Positions 10,285 through 18,245 of a stretch of DNA of 64,000 bases are shown here, piece by piece. Source of the DNA: Minisyncoccota bacterium (GTDB taxonomy: Bacteria > Patescibacteriota > Minisyncoccia > Phycocordibacterales > UBA9973); the NCBI GenBank assembly GCA_031413715.1, contig JANOFO010000003.1, positions 75,047 through 139,046 on the forward strand, read 5' to 3'. A model generated the notes under the pieces. That model was not told the DNA's origin, searched no databases, and was given only the letters and a program-made list of their open reading frames with translations. Both the position numbers and the translations under genes were made by a program. Within the stretch, counting starts at the first letter, position 1. Each line of letters begins with the position of its first letter.

Positions 10285-10353
10285 TGCCGACCAGGGATTC
10301 GAACCCCAATACCATCCTCCAGAGGGATGTGTCCTACCATTAGACGAGTCGGC
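10285..10353 (-). tRNA. tRNA-Gln (anticodon CTG)
   Basis: Minus-strand sequence GCCGACTCG...CATCC-CTCTGGA-GGATG...TTCGAAT...GGTCGGCA with a TTCGAAT T-loop. The D- and T-stems are slightly non-canonical by hand fold. Confidence 0.65.
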
Positions 10354-10441
10354 AATAACTCAAACATAGTACCATAAAAATAAAGAAAACCAACCGAATC
10401 AGGGTTTGAAAAGGAGCCATGATTGATGTACAATCAGGTCT

Positions 10442-11170
10442 ATGGATCAAGATAAAATAAAATACCGACCAAAGCATTTAACAATTGATGACATCAGAAG
10501 CGGATGTGTGACCCTATCTGGCGACAATGATCAAGAGACGAAACTCTGTATGATTCAAGAAGAGTTCCGACAAGGAATTGATATTATCAGCGAACTCACA
10601 CCATCAGTCACATTCTACGGTTCAGCACGCTTGGAAGAAACCCACACCTCATACATACAAGCGCGAAACCTTGCTTTTAAAATTTCCAAAGAATTAGGAT
10701 ATACCATCCTCTCTGGTGGCGGTGGAGGCATAATGGAGGCAGCAAACAGAGGCGCGTTTGAGGCGGGAGGCAAGTCTATTGGGCTCACCATCAGACTGCC
10801 ACATGAACAAACAACAAATAGATACGTCACCGAAGAGATCCCTTTTTATTTCTTCTTTACAAGGCAAGTATCTCTTTCATACACTACCGAAGTATGCATT
10901 TTTTGCGCAGGAGGTTTCGGCACATTCAACGAGCTTTTTGAAATGTTAACGCTTCAGCAAACTGGAAAAATTGGCAGGATCCCGGTTATATTGCTCGGTA
11001 AAGAGTTTTGGGCACCGCTTGAGAATCTGATAAATGAAAACCTAAAAGATAAATACGAAGTGGTAGCACCTGAGGACACGAAATTGTACGTTATTACTGA
11101 CGACGAAGATGAGATAATTAAAATAATTTCAGAGAGTCGTATGCGCGATGCTCAGGATGCTTTGAAATAG
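10442..11170 (+). CDS. LOG-family (TIGR00730) Rossmann-fold nucleotide-binding protein
   Basis: GGGGGIMEAANRGA and PGGFGTFNELFE motifs. Confidence 0.85.
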   Translation: MDQDKIKYRPKHLTIDDIRSGCVTLSGDNDQETKLCMIQEEFRQGIDIISELTPSVTFYGSARLEETHTSYIQARNLAFKISKELGYTILSGGGGGIMEAANRGAFEAGGKSIGLTIRLPHEQTTNRYVTEEIPFYFFFTRQVSLSYTTEVCIFCAGGFGTFNELFEMLTLQQTGKIGRIPVILLGKEFWAPLENLINENLKDKYEVVAPEDTKLYVITDDEDEIIKIISESRMRDAQDALK

Positions 11171-11260
11171 TGATTAGATTATAGTAATTAGTATGTAGCA
11201 ACAATAAAATAAAGTGACACATATTTCGCCATGGCAGAATATGTGTCACTTTATTTTTAT

Positions 11261-12964
11261 TTATTTCTTCTTTTTCTTTATACAGGCCTTTATAAATGAA
11301 GTGAACAGAGGATGAGGAGAAAGCGGACGGGCTTTTAACTCGGGATGAAACTGAGTTCCAAGAAAGAATGGGTGCGCCTTGAAAGGAAGCTCTGCAATTT
11401 CAGCCAAATTGCCATCTGGTGAAAGCCCCGAGAAGACAAGCCCGGCTTTTTCCAGTGCATCTCTATATGCATTATTGACCTCATATCTATGGCGATGCCT
11501 CTCGGATATCTTGGTGACCCCATATGCCACAGCTGCGACACTTCCCTTCTTTAGATTAGCCGGATATGCTCCTAGGCGCATACTACCGCCCAATTTTTTA
11601 GTAGCAATCTTTTCTTTCTGATCTTCCATGACATCTATGATAAGATTCTTGGAATTAGGGTTGATCTCGCTCGTATTGGCATCCTTGAGGCCCAAGACGT
11701 GGCGGGCGTATTCGATGACCATAAGCTGCATACCGTAGCAGAGACCGAAGTACGGAATTTTTTTCTCGCGAGCAAAGCGAATAGCCTTGATCTTCCCTTC
11801 GATTCCCGTTTCACCAAATCCTCCCGGTACGATGATCCCATCATAGCTTGCAAGCTCAAATACTTTCTTCGGATATGCTTCATAATCCTTGGCATTGAGC
11901 CAGGAGATCACGGGCTTCACGCCCAAGTGATATGCAGAGAATTTAATAGCTTCGATAACTGAGAGATACGCGTCCGAAAGAAGGAAGTCGCCAGTATCAA
12001 AATATTTGCCGACAATCCCGATTTTTACGCTTTGCTTTCCATTGTGGGCATGGCGGGCGAACTCCTGCCATTTTTTAAGATTAGGCTTTTTCTTTGATAG
12101 AATGCCGAGATTCTTTAAAATGACTTCCGAGAGTTTGTCGCGCTCGAAGTTTAGCGGCACGTCATAAATCGACCTGACATCAGGAGCCGAGACGATATTT
12201 TCAGGAATGACGTTGCACCAAATTGCGAGCTTCTCTTTTCGCTTTTTGTCGAGAGGATGCGTCGAGCGGGCAATGACGATGTCAGCCTGGACTCCATAGG
12301 AGTTAAGCTCGCGAATAGCATGCTGGGTCGGACGGGTTTTCATTTCTCCGATAGTCGAAGGAACAGGAAGATACGATACCATGACAAAAAGAACACTGCC
12401 GGGATTCCTGATCTTTAGCAAACGGGCCGCTTCGATATAAAGAGCATTTTGGAAGTCGCCGATCGTACCGCCGATCTCGACAACAGAAACGTCAGACTTG
12501 GAAACAGTAGCTGCCTTTACGATTCGTTCGACAATTTCATCGCGGACATGAGGAATAGCCTCCACGAACTTGCCGCCATATCCTAGATTTCGCTCCCGCT
12601 CGATAACAGCCCGATACACCATGCCACTCGTCATGTAGTCCTCCGGACCTAAATCACGGTTCAAAAATCGCTCATAATTTCCCATGTCTTGATCGGTTTC
12701 AAGACCACAATCAAGTACAAATACCTCTCCGTGCTCGGTCGGATTCATAGTACCAGCATCAACATTGAGATACGGATCGATTTTTAGGAGATTTACCTTA
12801 AGTCCGCGTGCAGACAGAATTTTACCCAAAGAGGCAGCCGCTATTCCCTTGCCGACTCCTGACATGACTCCACCGATGACGAAAATATACTTGCTACTGT
12901 TTTTTTCTTTCTTGTTCTGTTTCTTTTCTTGCACCTTTCTAGATATTTTCTTTTTCGGGGTCAT
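11261..12964 (-). CDS. pyrG: CTP synthase
   Basis: KYIFVIGGVMSGVGKG N-terminal synthetase motif and a GATase domain (GLCYGMQ...GTQFHPE). It carries a Lys-rich N-terminal extension of about 23 aa. Confidence 0.95.
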   Translation of the reverse strand: MTPKKKISRKVQEKKQNKKEKNSSKYIFVIGGVMSGVGKGIAAASLGKILSARGLKVNLLKIDPYLNVDAGTMNPTEHGEVFVLDCGLETDQDMGNYERFLNRDLGPEDYMTSGMVYRAVIERERNLGYGGKFVEAIPHVRDEIVERIVKAATVSKSDVSVVEIGGTIGDFQNALYIEAARLLKIRNPGSVLFVMVSYLPVPSTIGEMKTRPTQHAIRELNSYGVQADIVIARSTHPLDKKRKEKLAIWCNVIPENIVSAPDVRSIYDVPLNFERDKLSEVILKNLGILSKKKPNLKKWQEFARHAHNGKQSVKIGIVGKYFDTGDFLLSDAYLSVIEAIKFSAYHLGVKPVISWLNAKDYEAYPKKVFELASYDGIIVPGGFGETGIEGKIKAIRFAREKKIPYFGLCYGMQLMVIEYARHVLGLKDANTSEINPNSKNLIIDVMEDQKEKIATKKLGGSMRLGAYPANLKKGSVAAVAYGVTKISERHRHRYEVNNAYRDALEKAGLVFSGLSPDGNLAEIAELPFKAHPFFLGTQFHPELKARPLSPHPLFTSFIKACIKKKKK

Positions 12965-12967
12965 GTT

Positions 12968-13891
12968 CTATTTTTTTAGATATCTTGTAATAGCAAAGGC
13001 GCTTGATATTCCACCAAGAAGAACACCAGTACCAAGCATAATAATAAATAATTGGAGGAAATTAGATTTGAAGTATGAAAAAAGATTAATACCGATAAAG
13101 TCTGTCAGCTGGTTGCCAAGCCAAATGGATATAGGCAAGAACAAGAGCATGGTAAGCAAACTTGCAGTTACGCCTACAAGTACACCTGATACCACAAATG
13201 GACCTTGGATATATTTTGGCCCCGCACCAACCAAGCGCATGACGCTTATCTCTTCGCGCGACATATATATTATAAGGCGAATAGTAGAGAACGTAATAAT
13301 TATAGATATAAGAACAAGAACGAGAGATACAGCAAGGCCTAGCTTTTGTGCGCCTGAGATTATAGAAGACAACCTGTCTATTACGATTTTGTTCTGATGA
13401 TAATCGACTTTGTCTACGACATTGAGAGTACCTCGGCCTAATGCATTATCGGAGTCAAAATATTTAGCGACAGACTCATATTGAGATGGATCTTTGGCTT
13501 TGATATTGAGCGAGGCGCCAAGAGGATTAGTACCAAGCTCGTCGAGAGCTTGCAAGGTAAGATAATCATCAGCATGTTTGTCCCTAAAGTCTGCTAGGGC
13601 TTGTTCTTGTGATATATAGGTTACTTCTCGGACTTCAGGCAGTTTTTCCAAAGCCTGTTTTATATTCATGATTGTATCCGTGTCTGCATCAGAAACGAAA
13701 TATGCGGTCACATCAACTTTTTCTTTTATATCGTTGAGCGATGTAGTTAAAGCAGTTTGGACAAAAATAAGACTGGTGATAACAAAGAGTGTTATCACCA
13801 TCATGAGTATGGAAGCTAGGGATGTGAAACCGCTACGCATAAAATTGCGATATCCGGAACGTATGATTCTTTTAGCGTGGATCATAAGCAT
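12968..13891 (-). CDS. ftsX: Cell-division ABC transporter permease FtsX
   Basis: FtsX topology (TM, large periplasmic loop, three C-terminal TM helices). Located directly downstream of ftsE. Confidence 0.85.
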   Translation of the reverse strand: MLMIHAKRIIRSGYRNFMRSGFTSLASILMMVITLFVITSLIFVQTALTTSLNDIKEKVDVTAYFVSDADTDTIMNIKQALEKLPEVREVTYISQEQALADFRDKHADDYLTLQALDELGTNPLGASLNIKAKDPSQYESVAKYFDSDNALGRGTLNVVDKVDYHQNKIVIDRLSSIISGAQKLGLAVSLVLVLISIIITFSTIRLIIYMSREEISVMRLVGAGPKYIQGPFVVSGVLVGVTASLLTMLLFLPISIWLGNQLTDFIGINLFSYFKSNFLQLFIIMLGTGVLLGGISSAFAITRYLKK

Positions 13892-13898
13892 GGGGGCA

Positions 13899-14576
13899 TT
13901 ATATCATATACTTACCATCTTTATCATCTCGAACTACGCGTCCATTTTCAAGAGTAATGACGCGCTTCTTTATCTGGTCAATGACATTTCTGTTATGAGT
14001 AGTAAGAATGATTGTCGTGCCCAGATCATTGATTTTCCTCAAAATATTGACTACTTCGGTCGCATTCACAGGGTCTAGATTGCCAGTCGGCTCGTCAGCG
14101 ATAATGAGCTCTGGCTGGGTGATTATAGCGCGAGCTATAGCTAGGCGTTGCTTCTCACCCCCAGAGAGCTGGTGAGGAAAATGAAGTGCCCTGTTGGTAA
14201 GATCGACGAGCTCAAGGACATGAGGAACATCTTCTAATATTTCTTCATCATTCTTGCCTGTAGCTTCCATAGCAAAAGCGATATTTTCATAGGCAGTTTT
14301 GCCAGATAGGAGACGGAAATCCTGAAAAACAACCCCGACTTTACGGCGGAATTTAGTAAGTTCTTTACTTGATAGTTTGTGTATATCAGTAGATTCAAAA
14401 AAGATAGTCCCTTCAGTCGGCCTCTCTTCTGCAAGGATAAGCTTGGTAAGCGTAGTCTTGCCAGCGCCAGAGTGTCCCACAACGGAAACAAATTCACCAG
14501 GAGCAATAGAGAGAGTCACATCATCGAGTGACATGTTGTCTTTGTATTGTTTTGTAACATTATTGAAATAGATCAT
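13899..14576 (-). CDS. ftsE: Cell-division ATP-binding protein FtsE
   Basis: [10 protein letters not shown] and [14 protein letters not shown]. Confidence 0.9.
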   Translation of the reverse strand: MIYFNNVTKQYKDNMSLDDVTLSIAPGEFVSVVGHSGAGKTTLTKLILAEERPTEGTIFFESTDIHKLSSKELTKFRRKVGVVFQDFRLLSGKTAYENIAFAMEATGKNDEEILEDVPHVLELVDLTNRALHFPHQLSGGEKQRLAIARAIITQPELIIADEPTGNLDPVNATEVVNILRKINDLGTTIILTTHNRNVIDQIKKRVITLENGRVVRDDKDGKYMI

Positions 14577-14660
14577 TAATTATTGAGAAGCGTATAATCA
14601 AAAGGAAGTGGCCAGAATCAGACTCTGTTCGCTTTAATCTTGCCACTTCTCACTGGAACA

Positions 14661-15551
14661 TTATAACTTTTTTTCGGCCTCAATGAAAGGCTCTAGCTCA
14701 CCGTCCTCCAAAACTTTATCTACATCATGAACCTCTACCCCTGTCCTGTGATCTTTGATTTGCTTGTAGGGATGAAGGACATACGACCGTATTTGGCTTC
14801 CCCATTCGATCTCAGTCGTTTTTGTCGCTGACATGCCGAGTTTTTGTCTTTTTTCATCCTCTTCACGCTTTTTAAATAGCTTACCTTTGAGCATATCGAT
14901 AGCCTTCTCGCGATTCTGTTCCTGAGAACGCTCGCTAGTGACGTGTACTGCTATATTGGTCGGCAGATGAATGATGCGTACCGCCGTTTCACGCTTGTTC
15001 ACATTTTGGCCGCCCGGACCGCCGGACTTTGAGAACTCAATTTTCATATCTTCGGGTGGAATTTCTATTGCATCGTTATTTTTTTCAAATTTTGGAACCA
15101 CTTCTACGAGCGAGAATGACGTGTGACGAAGAGACTTCGCATTAAACGGCGAGATTCGAACCAGGCGATGCACGCCAGATTCATTTTTTAAAGTGCCATA
15201 GGCCAAAGATCCAATTACTTCAAGAGAAATATTACGATAGCCACCGTGATCATTTATATTTTCATGAATGAGATTCACTTCCCAACCTTTGCTTTCTATA
15301 TATTTCATATACATGCGCAAAAGCATTGCTGAAAAATCTTCGGCATCATCCCCTCCTGCGCCAGATAGGATGGAGAGAATGGCATTCCCCTTGTCATATT
15401 TCAGAGATCCAAGAAGCTCATCCTTAAGCTCATTTAGCTTCCTAATTGTCAATTGCGCTTTGACTTTATCAGTCCAGAAATCTGCCCCAGCCATCTCGTT
15501 CTCGATCCCTTCTATTTCCTTTTTTATCTCTTCTGTATCAAATTCTCGCAT
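14661..15551 (-). CDS. prfB: Peptide chain release factor 2. It is N-terminally short and has no +1 frameshift leader.
   Basis: SPF tripeptide (RISPFNAKSLRHTSF) and GGQ motif (SGGPGGQNVNKRETAVRI). An in-frame TAA lies 2 codons upstream of the ATG, and tRNA genes begin about 25 nt upstream. Confidence 0.85.
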   Translation of the reverse strand: MREFDTEEIKKEIEGIENEMAGADFWTDKVKAQLTIRKLNELKDELLGSLKYDKGNAILSILSGAGGDDAEDFSAMLLRMYMKYIESKGWEVNLIHENINDHGGYRNISLEVIGSLAYGTLKNESGVHRLVRISPFNAKSLRHTSFSLVEVVPKFEKNNDAIEIPPEDMKIEFSKSGGPGGQNVNKRETAVRIIHLPTNIAVHVTSERSQEQNREKAIDMLKGKLFKKREEDEKRQKLGMSATKTTEIEWGSQIRSYVLHPYKQIKDHRTGVEVHDVDKVLEDGELEPFIEAEKKL

Positions 15552-15577
15552 AAGTTATAGTATAACAAAATCTTTGA

Positions 15578-15643
15578 GCCGAGAGTGGGAATCGGACCCA
15601 CGTTCCTGCTTTACGAAAGCAGTGTCCCGCCTGCCTACGCTTG
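15578..15643 (-). pseudogene. tRNA-like 3' portion (anticodon arm CTGCT-TTCGTAA-AGCAG, T-arm GTGGG-TCCGATT-CCCAC, acceptor 3' strand) with no intact 5' half
   Basis: Hand fold. No acceptor 5' strand or D-arm precedes it. Its acceptor 3' strand TCTCGGC pairs 6/7 with the GCCGATA fragment at 15717-15757. Confidence 0.35.
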
Positions 15644-15716
15644 AGCCCACGAGGAGAATTGCACTCCTAACCTTCGATTTACGATACCGATGCTCTACTA
15701 ATTGAGCTACATGGGC
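15644..15716 (-). tRNA. tRNA-Thr (anticodon CGT)
   Basis: GCCCATG-TA-GCTC..GAGC-A-TCGGT-ATCGTAA-ATCGA-AGGTT-AGGAG-TGCAATT-CTCCT-CGTGGGC-T. Full cloverleaf with U33 and A37. Confidence 0.75.
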
Positions 15717-15757
15717 TTAGGTGATGGCGGGCAGGTCTGCCACTGAACTATATCGGC
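15717..15757 (-). pseudogene. tRNA 5'-half-like fragment resembling the 5' part of tRNA-Thr(GGT)
   Basis: GCCGATATAGTTCAGTGGCAGAC versus GCCGTTATAGCTCAGGCAGTAGAGC in the adjacent tRNA. No matching anticodon arm or T arm follows directly. Confidence 0.35.
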
Positions 15758-15767
15758 ATATTTCGGG

Positions 15768-15840
15768 AGCCGTTAAACAGACTTGCACTGTTGACCTCGT
15801 TCTTACCAAGAACGTGCTCTACTGCCTGAGCTATAACGGC
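15768..15840 (-). tRNA. tRNA-Thr (anticodon GGT)
   Basis: GCCGTTA-TA-GCTC-AGGCAGT-AGAGC-A-CGTTC-TTGGTAA-GAACG-AGGTC-AACAG-TGCAAGT-CTGTT-TAACGGC-T. Confidence 0.8.
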
Positions 15841-15894
15841 GTACATTTCACAGCGCTTATAGTACTATAATTACCCTCTATTTTCAATGAAAGA

Positions 15895-15922
15895 TTGCAA
15901 AATTCTCAATTTTAAGTACAAT
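15895..15922 (+). promoter_or_regulatory. Sigma-70-like promoter for the plus-strand tRNA operon. TTGCAA, a 16-nt spacer, then TACAAT, about 8 nt before tRNA-Met.
   Basis: The motif TACAATAGCA(C/A)AATA recurs in front of tRNA-Asp at 16229. Confidence 0.45.
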
Positions 15923-15930
15923 AGCACAAT

Positions 15931-16001
15931 AGCGGGGTAGAGAAATGGTATCTCGTAAGGCTCATAACCTTAAGACCCTGGTTCGATTCCAGGCCCCGCA
16001 A
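15931..16001 (+). tRNA. tRNA-Met (anticodon CAT), likely the initiator
   Basis: Acceptor AGCGGGG/CCCCGCA with an unpaired 1:72 position and the 3' end CCCCGCAAC, as in bacterial tRNA-fMet. Loop CTCATAA. Confidence 0.7.
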
Positions 16002-16053
16002 CAAGGTCGGCAGGTGACATGCCAGTGAGATATATGTCACTCCTGTCGATAAC

Positions 16054-16124
16054 GCCGGTGTAGTTCAATGGTAGAACGAAGGACTCATAAGCCTTAGAAA
16101 GTGGTCCGATTCCACTCATCGGCA
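16054..16124 (+). tRNA. tRNA-Met (CAT), elongator or the lysidine-modified Ile2 species
   Basis: GCCGGTG-TA-GTTC-AATGGTA-GAAC...CTCATAA...AGTGG-TCCGATT-CCACT-CATCGGC-A. Confidence 0.7.
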
Positions 16125-16152
16125 CAGTCGGGAATAGCCCGAAAAATATACT

Positions 16153-16198
16153 GCAGTCGTAGCTCAACTCAATTTAGAATATAGCGAGCACCCGCCTG
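16153..16198 (+). pseudogene. Partial duplicate of tRNA-Asp (the first 17 nt and a 12-nt anticodon-stem segment, interrupted)
   Basis: gcagtcgtagctcaact ... agcacccgcctg are identical to segments of the tRNA-Asp at 16245-16318. Confidence 0.5.
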
Positions 16199-16206
16199 GG
16201 CGAACG

Positions 16207-16234
16207 TTGTAATCTGATAGAGATTAGTTACAAT
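16207..16234 (+). promoter_or_regulatory. Sigma-70-like promoter for tRNA-Asp (TTGTAA, 16-nt spacer, TACAAT)
   Basis: Same -10 context as the tRNA-Met promoter at 15895-15922. Confidence 0.4.
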
Positions 16235-16244
16235 AGCAAAATAT

Positions 16245-16318
16245 GCAGTCGTAGCTCAACTGGTTAGAGCACCCGCCTGTCACGTGGGAGGTTGAGGGTT
16301 CAAGTCCCTTCGACTGCG
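16245..16318 (+). tRNA. tRNA-Asp (anticodon GTC)
   Basis: GCAGTCG-TA-GCTC-AACTGGTT-AGAGC-A-CCCGC-CTGTCAC-GTGGG-AGGTT-GAGGG-TTCAAGT-CCCTT-CGACTGC-G. Confidence 0.85.
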
Positions 16319-16323
16319 CAAGT

Positions 16324-16351
16324 AAAAAGAGAGGCGAAAGCCTCTCTTTTT
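16324..16351 (+). terminator. Rho-independent terminator after tRNA-Asp
   Basis: aaaaagagaggc-gaaa-gcctctcttttt. Confidence 0.7.
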
Positions 16352-16474
16352 CGCGCAGGAGAAGCAAGCAAACTGCTTTGCTTGCGGAGGGACTTGAAAG
16401 GCTTTTCGTTCTCCGATTATTCGGAGCGAAAAGCACCCGCGCCGGTAAGGCGAAAGACTCCCTTCGACTGCGCA
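16352..16474. ncRNA. Structured element linked to the tRNA-Asp 3' end. It ends with a direct 15-nt duplicate of the tRNA 3' end (16460-16474).
   Basis: Starts with cgcgcag (inverse of ctgcgcg), then hairpins gcaagcaaa-ctgc-tttgcttgc, the nested gcttttcg/ctccga-ttat-tcggag/cgaaaagc, and cgcc-ggtaa-ggcg, and ends with cccttcgactgcgca. Confidence 0.45.
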
Positions 16475-16547
16475 AAGGAAAACCACCCATTCTATATGGG
16501 TAGTTTTCTGTATACTGATTCGACAGACAACTGCTATAATAAAATCA

Positions 16548-17114
16548 ATGGTAAAATTAATTCTTGTCGTCGTCGCTTCCCTGCTTGCGTTAGTGGGCAA
16601 CATTCCTTACTTGCTTGATGTTATAAAAGGAAAAATAAAACCGCATCCTTACACTTGGTTTATATGGACGCTGGTTTCTTGTGTGGTCTTTTTTGGACAG
16701 GTAGCAAAAGGTGCAGGCATAGGAGCAATACCTACAGCCATTTCAGAGATGTTTACAGTAATTATATTTTTGTTTTCCATAAAATATGGTTTTAAGAACC
16801 CTCCCAAAACAGATAAGTATTTTTTAGCTCTGGCTCTGCTTGGTCTTATTCCGTGGATTTTGACCAAAGACCCGACTCTTTCAGTTATTACTGTTGTTTC
16901 TATAGATTTGATTGCATTCATACCGACTTTTCGTAAAACATATTGTCATCCTAAAAGTGAAACACCGCTCCTCTACGGCACAAATGTCTTACGGCATGCT
17001 CTTGCTCTAGGCGCTTTGGGTTCATACAACATAGCTACCATGCTTCACTCCATAGTGATGATAATAACAAATTCAATAATGGTGATTTTTATAAAAACTT
17101 GCAAGGAAAAGTGA
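16548..17114 (+). CDS. Polytopic membrane protein, hypothetical
   Basis: Six predicted TM helices. No recognisable motif. Confidence 0.5.
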   Translation: MVKLILVVVASLLALVGNIPYLLDVIKGKIKPHPYTWFIWTLVSCVVFFGQVAKGAGIGAIPTAISEMFTVIIFLFSIKYGFKNPPKTDKYFLALALLGLIPWILTKDPTLSVITVVSIDLIAFIPTFRKTYCHPKSETPLLYGTNVLRHALALGALGSYNIATMLHSIVMIITNSIMVIFIKTCKEK

Positions 17115-17126
17115 TATACTTAAAAT

Positions 17127-17564
17127 ATGAATATACAAAAATTAGTGTGGCTTAAGTTGCGTTTTGTAATGTCTTTTATTTTTCTCTGGGCTTTCTTTGA
17201 TAAATTGTTTGGTCTTGGCTTTGCAACAACGAGTGATAAGGCGTGGATTCACGGAGGTTCTCCAACTACGGGGTTTTTAATGGGAGGTGTTCAGGGGCCG
17301 TTTGCTCCACTATTTCATAGCTTGGCAGGAGTGGCCCTTGTGGATTGGTTGTTTATGCTCGGGCTTCTTCTAATAGGGCTCACTTTGCTTTTGAATAGAT
17401 ATGTCGTGTGGGGTGCTGTAGCAGGGATAATAATGATGGTTTTGATGTGGCTCGCACTCCTTTTCCCTGCAAACAACCCAATCATTGATGAGCACATCGT
17501 GTATGCTCTAGTTTTGGCTCTACTTGCCATGCAAAGCAAGAAAGGCGAACCCTCCTCTACCTAG
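17127..17564 (+). CDS. DoxX-family membrane protein
   Basis: FLWAFFDKLFG and a four-TM topology typical of DoxX. Confidence 0.55.
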   Translation: MNIQKLVWLKLRFVMSFIFLWAFFDKLFGLGFATTSDKAWIHGGSPTTGFLMGGVQGPFAPLFHSLAGVALVDWLFMLGLLLIGLTLLLNRYVVWGAVAGIIMMVLMWLALLFPANNPIIDEHIVYALVLALLAMQSKKGEPSST

Positions 17565-17616
17565 TTAAGCTAGTTGCTTCTCTCGCTTTTCATCCACTAA
17601 ATTGCGCAATAAATTT

Positions 17617-18231
17617 CTATATTGCTTTCAATTCTTCAAAAAAGTTTTGATACATTCGTATAACTCTGCGACCTTCCACCTGCGAGAGAGAGAATTCAGA
17701 GCCGGCATGGGCTATCTGATTGCGGACTAAGTGCGCATCCCAGGCGTTCTGGATGTTTGCATATCCACTGGACCGTGCAGCCTCCAAGAGTTCACTGACA
17801 GTTTCGCCCGTAAAGCTTTTCCCGCGAAGTATTTCATCGAGCATGGTGTCAGCTTCGATAATCGCTACGCGCCAATCAGATTCATTTGAACTTTCAATAA
17901 GAGTGAGGATGTAATGCCATCTTGGATTCTCTGCTTTTATCGCTTCTTGATCACGACTTAGAGCTTCGTGAATTTCATGGTCAAGTTCCATTTTTTCATG
18001 AAGTTGAATTTCTCGCATGCGCACTAGTGAGAATATAATAATTGCAATAAAAAGTATCGAAAGGCTGGAAGATATAAAACCTATCACGATCCACGTATGC
18101 GAGCTGGTAAAAAAAGCCACGATCGGACTGAAAACAGCAAGTATCTTGGCAAAGATATATTCAATATTGAGATAGGTAGGATTAAAAAGTGGTTTGTCTA
18201 TAAAAGGCTGTACAATTCCTTGTTGATCCAT
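17617..18231 (-). CDS. Membrane-anchored protein with a C-terminal HEPN-like (Rx4H) domain
   Basis: Two N-terminal TM helices. The C-terminal block is ...LVRNQIAHAGSEF..., which matches the HEPN Rx4-6H motif and resembles DUF4145. Confidence 0.4.
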   Translation of the reverse strand: MDQQGIVQPFIDKPLFNPTYLNIEYIFAKILAVFSPIVAFFTSSHTWIVIGFISSSLSILFIAIIIFSLVRMREIQLHEKMELDHEIHEALSRDQEAIKAENPRWHYILTLIESSNESDWRVAIIEADTMLDEILRGKSFTGETVSELLEAARSSGYANIQNAWDAHLVRNQIAHAGSEFSLSQVEGRRVIRMYQNFFEELKAI

Positions 18232-18245
18232 ATTCGTCTATTATA

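Noticed and set aside
12765-13397. 210-aa plus-strand ORF
   Set aside because: It is antisense to the junction of pyrG and ftsX, both strongly supported, and its sequence is low-complexity.
14661-15600. Looking for the canonical RF2 +1 frameshift site (CTT TGA C)
   Set aside because: An in-frame TAA sits 2 codons upstream of the ATG, and tRNA sequence starts about 25 nt upstream. There is no room for a leader ORF.
15578-15643. Calling the tRNA-like 3' portion an intact second tRNA-Thr(CGT)
   Set aside because: No acceptor 5' strand or D-arm can be found in the 25 nt before its anticodon stem, so it is reported as a fragment or pseudogene instead.
15970-16618. ORFs 15970-16167, 16224-16490, 16280-16603 and 16292-16618
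   Set aside because: They lie entirely over tRNA genes, a terminator and the structured insert. The reading frames are artefacts.
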